This document shows, piece after piece, positions 11,073-22,917 of a DNA stretch of 64,000 nucleotides; within the stretch, counting starts at the first letter, position 1, and each line of letters opens with the position of its first letter. The stretch is from Phoronis australis (lineage: Eukaryota > Animalia > Phoronida). Location: contig NMRA01000043.1 in the NCBI GenBank assembly GCA_002633005.1, forward strand, positions 1,201,924-1,265,923, read 5' to 3'. The translations under genes and the position numbers were made by a program. The notes below the pieces were generated by a model. It was given only the letters and a program-made list of their open reading frames with translations, had not been told where the DNA came from and made no database searches.

Positions 11073-14000
11073 TTAGCGTCCCCATATCCGGGACTTACAC
11101 CTACAGTTTCGCGCCCACAAATTACATTTGCATATCATGTTATCGCAACACGTGAACGACCTCGTTAGCCTATCCTGGCTGCTTTCATCCGGCCAGGGGT
11201 CGCAATAGTCGTTCCAAGACGCACACGACTTCACACGGTATCTCCATACCACCCTAAGAAAAGAAATGAGACTTTGTAAATATTTTATGATCAACACTTA
11301 TGGCAAAGCATGTCGTGGCGTAAACATGGACAGATATCCATCCTTCTTTCAATGTTGTGCTCCTTTAGCAGTTAAAATGCACGGGTAATCATTCTTGAAA
11401 ATATCAACGGAGTGTCCACGTGGAACGCAACTTTTGCTTCGATCGCTTTGAACATATCTGCAAAAAGCAGATGGTTAGGTTAGAAGAGTAGACATGTTTG
11501 AATGAACAAACGCTCACTAAAAGTATGCTCATATGAATATCATTTCACATATGCAACACCTTCAGAGTCACGTTGTGATAGGATACATAACTGTAGTTGC
11601 ACGTGTCCGTTTTACAATTGCAAGTAACTGGCAACGCTCGCTGAAAGGTTCATGCCAGGTTAACGTTTACTCATTAAGATACTCTGTTTTGGCAGTATGA
11701 AATTGCACGTGCCTTAGGCAATGAACTATGATTCGACATCACACACGACACGGCCACATTTTTAACGTTTGACCAATTGGGAACCAGTTGGCATGCACAC
11801 TTAATATCAGTCGTAGCCAAATGGGAAAAATACCGTGACAACTCGGATTAACACAAGTACTTTACGAACTGTGGTTCTTTTCTTGTGTCAGACGTTTTCC
11901 TTCAACTGACTGTCTAAACTTGGTAGCAGAATGGTACTACTACGTGTATCGGTACGTGTCTCTGAATTAACTAACTGTTTCACCAACGCGTACAACTCGT
12001 CCAACTAAATCGTCGCAAGTAACGAACGCGTTCAACTAAGAGGTCACTAGGTGGCACTGAAGGTGTTCCATACTTACAGTTTGACATGAATGTTTATACG
12101 TAATTTAAAGTACGCTATTTAAAGATAGTAAACGTGTGATGATGCCCATAGCACATACATGTCAAAAGAAAATGGGGAGGGGCTTAATTAAGTGAAAGGT
12201 CGAAATAACACAAAAAAGCAATTTCTCACAACCTTCTCAACTCGTCGCAAGCGTAAGCTCCAGACTGTTTGGTCCTAATTTGACGAACTTCAAATTGAGA
12301 AAAGTTTCTGATCAGTTCGCTTTGAAAATAACTACACGAATACAGTTTAGGACAAGCAATGACAAATCAGACTGTAACTGACCTCAAACAAATGCTTTTT
12401 TCAGTGTTGCAGATTTCTTAATTGCTCCTGAAACGTCTGTTCAAGGGTCCTATCAAAGCACCAAGCGTGACCTCAGGCAACTAAGAACTCCCAGTTTTTC
12501 CCAAACCCAACTTTGCCCGTTCAGATTTCCAAATGTGCACGTATTTAGACCTTTACCTACCTATATCCCACGTAAAGTATTTTTGCAAAAAAAGAATAGC
12601 CAGCGTCACTCACGTATGCGGATGTTGCAGAGTTTCGCTACATGCGCCTGTCTTAATCGGTGCTCTAATAATGTGTCGTTCTCAGAACTTTTGGATAATC
12701 ATTCCTGAAAACACGTCAACGTCTTCAGATTTGTAACCGATAATTCAACCTAAACTTTCCTGTTATGCATACTCCGTGCTTTAAGCATAGATGAACGGAT
12801 CTAACGAAACAACGGGTATATTCATGTTGACTTATGCGCCACAATGCGAGCTCTTATTCATCCACGATAATTGAAACACAATTACACGACATTTCACGCC
12901 TAACGCGCATGAAGTGACACGAAACTCGTCAAACCACGCCCACAAACGTGAATAATACTTACTCATGAAGTAGGTCACACAATAATTCGAATAATGCGTG
13001 CGTCAACTTCCCTATTTTATAGTCACGCTTGATTAAATTCTATTTTTGTCTACTTTGTAGTCATGCTTAATTAATTTTTATTTCTGGTCTTTTTCATCCA
13101 TTGCTATTCAAAGCACTTGTTCATGTCTCGCTTGCCATTCAATTCAACCCCTATGATAACGTGCGCACTGGCACAACCACGCGAAGTTGGGGAAGGGGAG
13201 GGGTAATGGGGCCCATGGGATCAGAGAAGGTCTCGCCGCGGTTGACCCCTGTTTTAATTAAAGTAACAAAAAATTCTCCCTCCAATTATTTTATCGTCAC
13301 TCTGGTCACTTAAACTTTTTCCATTGGCCGCGTGTTGCCTTGAGGCACTCTAGTTATTGCATTCACTGAACACAATTGCTTATTTGAAGAAAAATCACAA
13401 CTTACCGCTTTGCCGCCCTCAACTTGTTTAAAGCTAATTCATTTTCTTTCGAATCTGCAAAAATAAACAAAACAAATGTGATCACGACAATATAATTTTA
13501 CTGTACATTTTAAGGATACGACGTTGGCGCCTCGTATTGTCGCACTGGTCTCGATAAAACAGATATTGTTTACTTTTTTATTTTACTCATTTCTATGTAT
13601 TCCTACTCAAAAAGAAAATAAAATACTGAGCGATATTTGACCAGTTTATGTCGAAGATCAGTGAAACGTACAGAATACCACAGAACTTAGTATTCTCTAT
13701 CTCAGGCCTACGGGTATAACACTGTCAACAGATTTATTTTCGATGTGTTCCCAATGATATTTCATTTATTAAATAATTGTTACCGGCATGCAGACACGCA
13801 TTCATTAAAAATTGAGCGAGGATGACTGCGCATGTGTTGTACTGCATGTGTAGGCTGCGAATGACATTTGCGTGATTTTTTTGAGTCGATTCTGAGAGAG
13901 AAATTGTCAATTGTAAACCCCTTGACCCATTTTTGTTTAGTCATGCCTCAGCTTTTCCTAAACCGTTACTGTTTGTAAGCGAGGAGTTGAACTTTAGCGG

Positions 14001-17000
14001 GAAATTCAGGTAGCTTTCAGACGCTTAGGATTTGTAAAACATATAAATGGCGGACACCCACATTTTACCTGATTTCTGTAAACTGAAGAGATTTGGCTGA
14101 CTGAATGCATTGTCCTTCACATGCAAAGGGTGGCTTTTGGGCGAATAGTGAAAATTTGTTTTTTCGTAGTCGGTTGCACTTCCGCAATTCGTTAATATGG
14201 AGATAATGACTTTAGAATTAGTTTCGACAGACTTTGTGCAAGGTTTTTGAATTGAAGTTTTTGGCTCAGGATATTCTTATTTTCAAATTCTGTACACTCT
14301 GTGGGACAGACTGTTGAAGCTGTCAAGACTTGGTTTTTCAGGTCCAAAATCAGTAAAAACTGTTGTGTGTCACCTGAGTCCTGTCAGTGTATCGGTGCTC
14401 TACACATTTGGACGAACCATAGAACTCTAGCCCTAGAATGCCAACTCCCGTACGACACATATGAACTCTGTTATTAGAGCTTGCGACCAGAGACTAACCG
14501 CGAGAGTTTGCACATTGACACTCTGGCTGTCTGCTCGACTGAGTTTTGATAGTGTGTCGCTGTTATTAAATCGAGCTTTGTTTCACTGCTTCATTGTCAT
14601 TTTTGGCATTTTTGGTCGCGGAACGAGATTCTTGTACGTTTCCAGACAACCAACGATTTCTCGGTATACTTGGTCAACGCGACGGGTTATACGCACAGAC
14701 CTGTGTCTCAGGCTGTATGCCGGGAATTGGCCTCTGATACCTTTTCAGCTCGACAGCATATCAAACTGTATGCCTGGAGTTTTTCAACAAGACATTTTTG
14801 GGTGTTTAATTCATTTTACGGTATTTTAAAGAAATAAATTGATTTTAGTTTCTGAGTGTTTGTATTGCAGTTTTAAATGAAAGGTTTAAGCCCTGCGAAC
14901 AGGAATGTTTACATTTCAAAAAACTAGTGGTAATTGCGCAGCTGAATGCGTGCGCGCGCACGCACACGCGCGTGTGTATGAATGTATGTGTGTGTATCAG
15001 CATGTGTATATTCTTACTGTTTTCAATTGTTTCTATAATAATAACTCATTGGTGCAATGTTTACCAGTAGCCAAGATGCCATTTTTGTTAATTCAATTTG
15101 TGAGCAGTGGGTCTTCTGCTATCTATAATATTTACCTATAACCTGTGAAATAAGATTTTAGAAATGAAAAGTTTAGCTTGTGAAAGAATCCACCCTGATA
15201 CTGCTGACAGCGTACAATAGCAAACTGTCACACTTTTTGAAATTTTTCCGTCTACCAGCCACACCATCAAAATTTCACGCTTATTGACACACGGCGAAAT
15301 TGGTATACTATATTATCATATACATGTACATGTAGTGATGTAATTTCCCACACGACAAAGCCCAATTTTCCCGTTCTACTAAACAGAAAAAAACGGAAGT
15401 TTCGTGAGTTTTTACGGGACCCGCAATTCCCCAGTCGGCAAAAAAAAACAACAAAACGCTGGGTGTTACGTCTGCAGCTCGACAAAAACGGTGTCGGGAC
15501 GTTTTTGTGTGTTGCGGTCTAAGCCAAGACCCGGAAGGTCCGCTTTTCAATGCAATTGTTCCTTTTTCCATTCTTGATTGTTCACCGTGCAACAGGTGTT
15601 CATTATGTATTATGAATATTGTTATTTTTCAGAGTCCACTTTCTTTAGTAACATAACATTCGTTCAAATTTGTTCCAATGTCTCGTGTTTACTGTAACAT
15701 AAACTGCACTTATATGTATCGAGATCAACGATTTTTACTTTCTGAAGAATTACGTTTATTTCTTTGAAAAATCCTACACGGCAATGTATAATGAGCAATC
15801 CACAGTACTTATCAAATCAATATAATTGATATTTGCCAGTGTTTATCTATCCGAAAACATTTGCAAATTTCGGATAGATGGTTGGAGTAATTAGTTTATC
15901 AATTTTTGTAAATGTGAATGAATCGTGAAATTTAGTAAGAATGCAGTTGGATGAAACGGCACCAAAGGTCCAATTAACAATAATAGTTATAATTTTGTAT
16001 AAATGCCTGACTAAATTCTTCACAGTAATAATTGTGAGGGATTAATATTCTAAAATCTTTTTTTTTTTGAGTGAAACATTTATTAATTCTACCAACCAGT
16101 ACATAGTTGTGCAGAAATATGAAATCTAGTCAAGTGTACATCAAACAAATTAACAAATTACGAACATTATCGAACCCTATAAAAGCTAGTTAGGCAAAAA
16201 AGAAGACCACCTTGCCTGGAATCTTTCAAGATCCAGTTTATCATTGTAAATAATTTTTTCTAGGTGGTGGTAATCACATAACTCACGTAAAAATGACTGA
16301 AAATTGGGGTTTAACCTTATGCAGTCTTTGCCTATATAAGTGAAATTTCGCTAAGCAAAGAATTAAATTTACAACTTCTAATCTACAGGCTGGATCTCCA
16401 AACAAGGCGGAAGACATATTTAACTGCAGACGGAAATCGCACTGATATATCATCCACGTTTTTAAACATCCACAAAAACGTTCTAAAATCTTTGTGTTTA
16501 TAGGGTAGAAATTTTTCGAATCATTGAAATTATTTCCTTGCTCGTTCAACTAGCCATTTACACAACCTCTCTGGTTCATTACCTTTTTATGCTACAATTA
16601 CACCCTGTTTTACCCATACATGTATTAACAACACTTAGTAGACTTTGAGAGCAATGGATGTAAATCTCGGAAAGTCGTGTCAGCATCTCCCAGATTTCCA
16701 GGCAAACTCTCCTGTCCATTCTTCTCCTTGCCCGCGCATGGCTACTCGTCGCCAAGACGTTGCTGCATTTTGGATGACGACATTCACTACAGTTTGAGTC
16801 CAGTGTAAGGCAAATGAAAGAAAGGAGTGCGACAAAGCGAGATGTCGTTTTCTATACGTCATTTCACAAATGGCGTGAAAAACAAGTTACATACGCTAAT
16901 TAACGGGGTTCTCTGTTCCCACGAAATGCACAAGAAAGGATTTAAACACATAGGCTGGTTTAGGGGGGACTCAGGGGGCTCGCTCCACCCCCCTTGGTGG

Positions 17001-20000
17001 GTCCAAAAGCGTGAGGAAATTTTGAATTCATTAATTAACCCAGGGGGGAGGGCTCAGACACGATTTCAAGCGTTCAACTCAGACAATTGGCGCATCGTAA
17101 CTGTAACTGTAAGTAAGTAACGCCACTCCCTGTCTATATGCGCGTAATATCCCAGACGATCGGCAGTGGCGCTGCGCACTACCACTCCGTTTCCGTAGTC
17201 TGCTCCACTGCGTAATGAATCACTCAGAAACTCATAATTCTCTCTCTGTCAAACATCAAAATTAAGATGATTTAAAAAGCACGCGCGTGGTTAATGCCAA
17301 CATGAACAATGGATTTGGTCTTTTGGGCAACTTAAGACTGTTTAAAACAAATAACTTTTGCTACGAACTGATTGCACTAAAAATATATTAAAGCGTGTTC
17401 TAAACATAATACGGAAAGAAGCAGGTTCACGCGCACATGCTGTGGACCATAAACAAGTATGTCTCTAAGCATTAACTTCACGTTAGTAGCGCGGTTGTGC
17501 TATGGAAGAGCACGCACCCGCTAATCAATAAGTCATGAGTTCCATCTTTGCAATTTTACGAATTTTCCTTTATTGAATCACAAACGGCAATACTGCGGTT
17601 AAACTGTTTAATGCTTAAAAACAAGAACTGTCAATATGTTGATTTGAAAAATCTGAACTGCGCGAGGACATTCTGAATAACCAATCAACGATGTTCATAC
17701 ACGCAGGGTGTCATCATGTAGTTTTAAGTCATTTGAGTAGGCCTATGCGTCATAACCACATAAATTTCTGCCAGCTTGCCCATCTGTTCGCCTTAGGGTT
17801 CAAAAATAATACGTAAAGCAGGTGAAAGTCTGGAATCAAAGGCTTTTTAGTGGCAACTTGACGAGTAACCTCGGCGCATTAAAGCTGTACACTAGATATA
17901 CAGCTTTGCACCGATTGGGTAAAAATAGCCAAAAAATGTGATCCAAAATTAGTATCATTAAACTCTGCATTTCATCTTGAGTAAAGTAAATTATTTTCCA
18001 GTGTCTGAAAGATAGGGGTTGTTCTTCTTCCACGAGGTTGCGTACATGTCACTAGGAACTGGTTTCATTTCGTTACCAGTTTTTAGTATTTTAATACCAT
18101 CAAACCGAATATCAGAACAAATTTAGCTGCTGCGAAGGTCTCATCATCTCCCGAGAGATGTCACGAGTGTACTTTTTTCAAAAACGACGACTTACTTTTT
18201 GCTTTTACAAAAGGCGGAGAATTACACAACAAAATGACGTTTATTAGATTGTTTTTCACTTAAACTACTGTAACGGGAATGGTGAGTGTCGGTTGACCCC
18301 TACATTTAGCATGCACCCCTACATGTTGATGTAAGTTTCACGGCGAGGTGACGAGCATAACTACCCGGACTGTGTACATGATTTCGAGGTCTGTCGGAGC
18401 ATAGCACACAGTGTAGCCAGCCAGCTAGCTGTATGAAGACTATCATCAAAATACAGCTAGGCAACACTGTGTGTTTTTCTTCCATAGACCCCGAAATTGC
18501 ACACAGCTAGGGTAGTTCTGCTCGTCACCTTGCCGTGAAACCTGTATCAACATGTAGAGCTAAAAACCGGACGGGGAGCATGCAAAATCTGGGAATCAAA
18601 CGACACTCGCCTGCCGGTTACAGCCGTTTAAGTGGAAAACAATGCAATAAACGTCCTTTTCTTGCGTAACTCTCCGCCTTTTCTAACCAAGAAATGTTTT
18701 GTCGTCGTTTTGAAAACAGTACGCTCGTGATACGCGCACGAGCCATGTCCTAACTTTTTGCGACATCTCTCAGGAGATAATGAAAGCTTGGCAGCAGCAA
18801 AATTTCTTCTGAAATTCTGTTTTTCGGTGTCAAAATTCTAAACACTTGTAACTAAATGAAACCAGTTCCGACAATTTGATATGATATCTACGCAACCTCG
18901 TGGAAGAAGAACAGTTGATTGAAGAATCGGCGAAAAAAGAAAGTGGCCAATTAGGTGACGCAATATTTCATGGCGCCGAAAGCCGTCGCTAAAGATCGCT
19001 CCACAACTTTAGCAGCAGAAAACCGTTTGAACGCCATTTTTTCAACATCGTTAAATAATTTAGTTTACTCAAGGAAGACTTTAGTTTTTAATGACACCAA
19101 TTTTGTGTCAGATTTTATCTAACCACTTTTTTTACCCACATCGGGGCAAAGCTGTATATTTAGAATACAGCTTTGTACCAACGCTACACATAGAGGTACC
19201 TAGCTGTATTTTGACGACAGTCTTCATAAAGCTGGGTGACTGGCTACTTGACGAGTTGAAAATTTGCAGTGGGATTCCAGAATGCAATCTAGGTCATTGG
19301 ATTTTGCTGCGCTAGTCGCAAATAGCAACCTGGCCAAAGTAGAGCCGCAGAGGGCCGATTATACTTCAGAAATGGAGGAAAATGCATGTTTTCAGAAGCT
19401 AAAACAAAATTTTTCCCGGGGCAACCTCCTCCCATTCGGCGCTATGCGCCTCTAAAATCGCGTTTTGTGCGATTGTCTGCGAGACAAAATGCTCGCTGGT
19501 TCCCTGCGTGCCGCTAGGTGGGGCGGTAGCCGCGCCAGCACGCAGGTATCACTTAAATTTCCTCTGTACATTTTTTTACACCGGCGTTTCTGATTGGCTA
19601 GTCGATTCGTCAACTGGCAGCGCTTTGCGCAAACAAACTGGCATGGCTGATGGACTGAAGTGTAGAATGTGGTCTGTTGTACAGACAAACCGGTGCTTAA
19701 AATTATGTTCAGGAAATGTGAAGCCTAGAAATCAAGTTGTGATTGAGCCTTTTCGGAATGCATCTTTCTACTGTCGATGACTTTTGTTTACGATAGTGTC
19801 CTTATACAGTATGAATAACACACCGTAATATGTGTTTATTGCGCATGTATGTGCTTCAAGCACGCGGCTATTAAACATCACTGCACAAACGAAATAGTTG
19901 CTTGGACGCCACTTGCATGACAAGGCTGTGGCTAAAATCATTCACAGTCTGCCATTTTTTTCACGTGTTGTAAAGCTAACCAATGACTGCCAAGATTACA

Positions 20001-21095
20001 TCGACCAATGCTAAAGCGCGTGCCACTGCGTGATACCTGCGTGCTGGCTGGGCTAAGCACGCAGGGAACCAGCGAGGACAAAATGCTGCCCCTCGTTTGA
20101 TGTCCTAGGTCTGTCTCTGAGACAAGAGGCACGTGCATGTTATGGAACTACTACGCTAGATATGGAAATGTCGCGCGTTCACGTGCATGAAAACTCCGAG
20201 CAAACTTAGAGACGGTGACCAAACCTACAACGGCACGTCCTTTCTAGAAACGCGTTTAGGCCTACTACATGTATAAAATCACATTAGCCATTCTGTTTGT
20301 AGGTCTCAAACAAAAAGGTCTCCCGTGGGGTTTATACTTCAAAACACAGCCCTAACGATCTGGTAATACAACTGAACATTCGACGGGTCTACAATAGGTC
20401 TTATAGAAATAACAACATATATTTATTAACAAATTAGACGGTTATGTGAAATATCCGTGTAATTCATGATTACCGGTACATCCATTAGCAAAATGGGATT
20501 TCGGTTGAGCATGTCTGGGGAATTTAGATAGCACAATTTACCGATTGATCTTTAAAACGAGAGCGCAATATACTGTTAGCTATCTGTCATTATGTGTAAC
20601 CAGACAGTTAATAAATCACCATCAACGCGACGCTTTATCCAATTGTCTGTGACTCTATTGCTACATTTGAAACTTTTAAGTGTCATTTCAGTCCATTTTA
20701 ATTAGAAATTTTTTTAACCTATTTGCTTTTCCTTGATCTATTTTTTTAAAACAAGGCTATTCAATAACGATTAAGGAACAGACAGAAAATTTTGAATCTA
20801 ATATGAATTTTACCAATAGTCAGCATAGCTATTCTGAGACAGAGGTATACTGCAACATGGTCATATTTTCAACGACAAAACATTGTCCTCGCAGCCTTTT
20901 TCTGAAGCTTCTAGATAGTGTAATCAGTGTCCAATAACATCCCGTAAGTACTATACGTGTAGTGAGTAAGGCGGCAACAATGTTGTTCGGCTGGCAGTTG
21001 CAGCGTGACTTACCAAAGACTAGATGTGACCAACTGAGTGCAATGTGCAGGCTTAACACCAGAGCTAAAACTACCCGACTTGTTCCAGTTTCCAT
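11073..21095 (-). CDS. Agatoxin-like / agouti-like inhibitor-cystine-knot (knottin) prepropeptide, about 103 aa, 3 coding exons
   Basis: Exons 21095-21014 (signal METGTSRVVLALVLSLHIALSWSHLVF, phase 1), 13454-13406 (DSKENELALNKLRAAKR, phase 2) and 11253-11073 (VVWRYRVKSCASWNDYCDPWPDESSQDRLTRSFTCCDNMICKCNLWARNCRCKSRIWGR*). All splice sites canonical. Eight Cys as C-x6-C-x17-CC-x4-C-x-C-x6-C-x-C; CKCNLWARNCRC resembles arthropod agatoxin-like peptide CRCNLWGxNCRC. KR cleavage site and WGR* amidation signal. Extra exons in the 7.5-kb intron are not excluded. Confidence 0.8.
16061..16480 (-). mobile_element. 5'-truncated L1/Tx1-clade non-LTR retrotransposon
   Basis: ORF2 C-terminal-like peptide (LKTW..ALFG..VNLILCLAKFHLYRQR), then AATAAA and a poly(A) tail on the minus strand. 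Direct repeat ttctaaaatcttt at 16048-16060 and 16481-16493 is the target-site duplication. Confidence 0.8.
17851..19256. repeat. Large imperfect foldback (inverted repeat), probably transposon-derived
   Basis: About 17881-18410 is the reverse complement of about 18465-19174, with an extra block in the right arm (e.g. ttcttcttccacgaggttgcgta / tacgcaacctcgtggaagaagaa; cacggcgaggtgacgagca / tgctcgtcaccttgccgtg). Bounded by direct repeat tggc(a/t)acttgacgagt. Confidence 0.85.
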
Positions 21096-21459
21096 GTTTC
21101 TGAAATATACACAAAAGATATATGAGAATAGGCCGCAACTGAGCAACGCAGCCACAAGGCGTGTGTAGCAGGTATAAGAACCACTCTATAGAACTCATGC
21201 GCGAGTGAAGTTGAAACGAACGGAAAGAAATCTAATTAATCCCAAGGTGGAAAATTACGGAGAAAATTAAGTGATGACGTAACTCGATCTATGATTTCAG
21301 AGAGTTATCGTATGAGCGCAAGATATTGGACATTTGTACCGTAGTGTTTCCATGCAAACATTCTGTGACATATGGAGAGACATTGCTCTTGCGAATAGTG
21401 TCGGTACTGAACGCAATTAGATAATTGACAGGCCGTCAACTGAAAGTCTATGAGGCACT

Positions 21460-21619
21460 CTTAGGCGGATCTCAGGGGGTCAAGGGGGTCTGAACCCCCT
21501 TTTCCCTTGATGTTCGTGACATCAAATCAAGAATTTTCAAATGTTTGACTTAGACCCCTTTTAAAAAATCCTTGATCGATGTGACCCCTACCATTTAAAA
21601 AATCCTGTATCCGCCCCTG
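21460..21619. mobile_element. Short MITE (GGCGGAT...ATCCGCCCCTG) with 5-bp TSD GCACT
   Basis: Short TIRs; gcact at 21455-21459 and 21620-21624. Related termini near 23300, 28165-28319, 43531-43723 and 51747-52053. Confidence 0.6.
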
Positions 21620-22715
21620 GCACTCACAAACAACACTGCTTTGATTACGCAGCTTGCAACATGTGCACTGTCACCGGAAATGTTCTGATACTACACGTGG
21701 TGATGGTATATTCTGCTGTTTGTCATGTTCATGTGGATATGCTCATTTGGTAATCACAGCGATAGATGGTTAAACACCTGAGTAATGACAAATTACTTTT
21801 CCTATTGCGCTGTACCCGACATGTGAAGTTCTTGCCCGCAAACCTCGACTTTTAAAAATGGCGTCATCAAACAGGCGGAGAACGTCGAATGAAAATCTTT
21901 TGGGTGAGGATGTGCGGTGTGTGGTAACCATCTCCTTCGTTGGAATATCCTACGACGAGTGCTGAAGATCTTAGACCTCATCAACTGCGTTTAGAGGAAC
22001 TTTGCATTTCGGCTGATGTGCGCGTTGTCGGAACGACCCACCACCATAGTACATCTAACACTACTCGTACTAAAGATAACGTGACAAATATTCCTCTCAC
22101 TTTAAAAATTTAGGATAAAACATACTACAAACTTGAAGTTAATTAGAAAGTTTATAAAATAATAACCTTTAGCGTTTTATAACATCAAACTGACATGAGC
22201 GTGCAAGTAGAGGTTTAAAAGGCCTGCTGTTGTAAACTGGTTTCAACTTGTTCTTTGCTCAGGTTGGACGTATTCTGGGCTTGAACATACAATACAGTAC
22301 CGTTATTGCATTAAACGACCAGCCGTGATAAGCCAACACTTTCATCTTGGTCTTACGCCGGCACTCTGAGCAACAGACTTTTATTTTTTGCAATTAATAA
22401 TCCAAAATCTTTTCTAAGCTTTAATAAGGATTGAATTGCAAACAGTTTTGTAACTTAAAGTAGTTCACTGTAAGTGGTCCGTTTGCGACAGTGGGGGTTT
22501 TATAGCTGCACAAAGTCACCCGAGATCGTGGTAATTTTTTTCCTTGAAAATTTCTTTGGCTGTTTCAGTGATAACGAATCACCATCCTAAACGCGACATA
22601 ATCCACTATCTCTTATCAACCGACATTACATACGGTAAGAGAAACCACGTCCGGGCCACAGTAACACGGTTCTTTTCGTTAAAAACATTGCAAATATCGC
22701 TAGGCAGAGAATTAC

Positions 22716-22917
22716 CTTGGTTCCACTGCGCTTCCAATGGCATAAAACAATAGACGTCTGCAAAACTGTGTTCCCCGATAGTTGAAACCCTCAGTAAACT
22801 TAACAATGCCAGCAGCACCCTCGCATAACTAATCTAGAGCTGTTAATTGAGTGAAGCTGATCAACTAAGGCGGATTCTTGCGTCTGGTGCCCTTTATACA
22901 GTTGTACCTGACACGTG
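22716..22917 (-). promoter_or_regulatory. Candidate core promoter and non-coding first exon of the knottin gene
   Basis: TATAAA (22893-22898) and CACGTG E-box (22912-22917). Donor CAAG|gtaatt at 22716/22715; acceptor ttcag 4 nt before the ATG at 21095. Confidence 0.4.

Noticed and set aside
16680-16762. Possible extra knottin-gene exon reading ATSWRRVAMRGQGEEWTGEFAWKSGRC*
   Set aside because: Phase fits, but the acceptor lacks a polypyrimidine tract and the peptide has no recognisable family; cannot be supported without transcripts.
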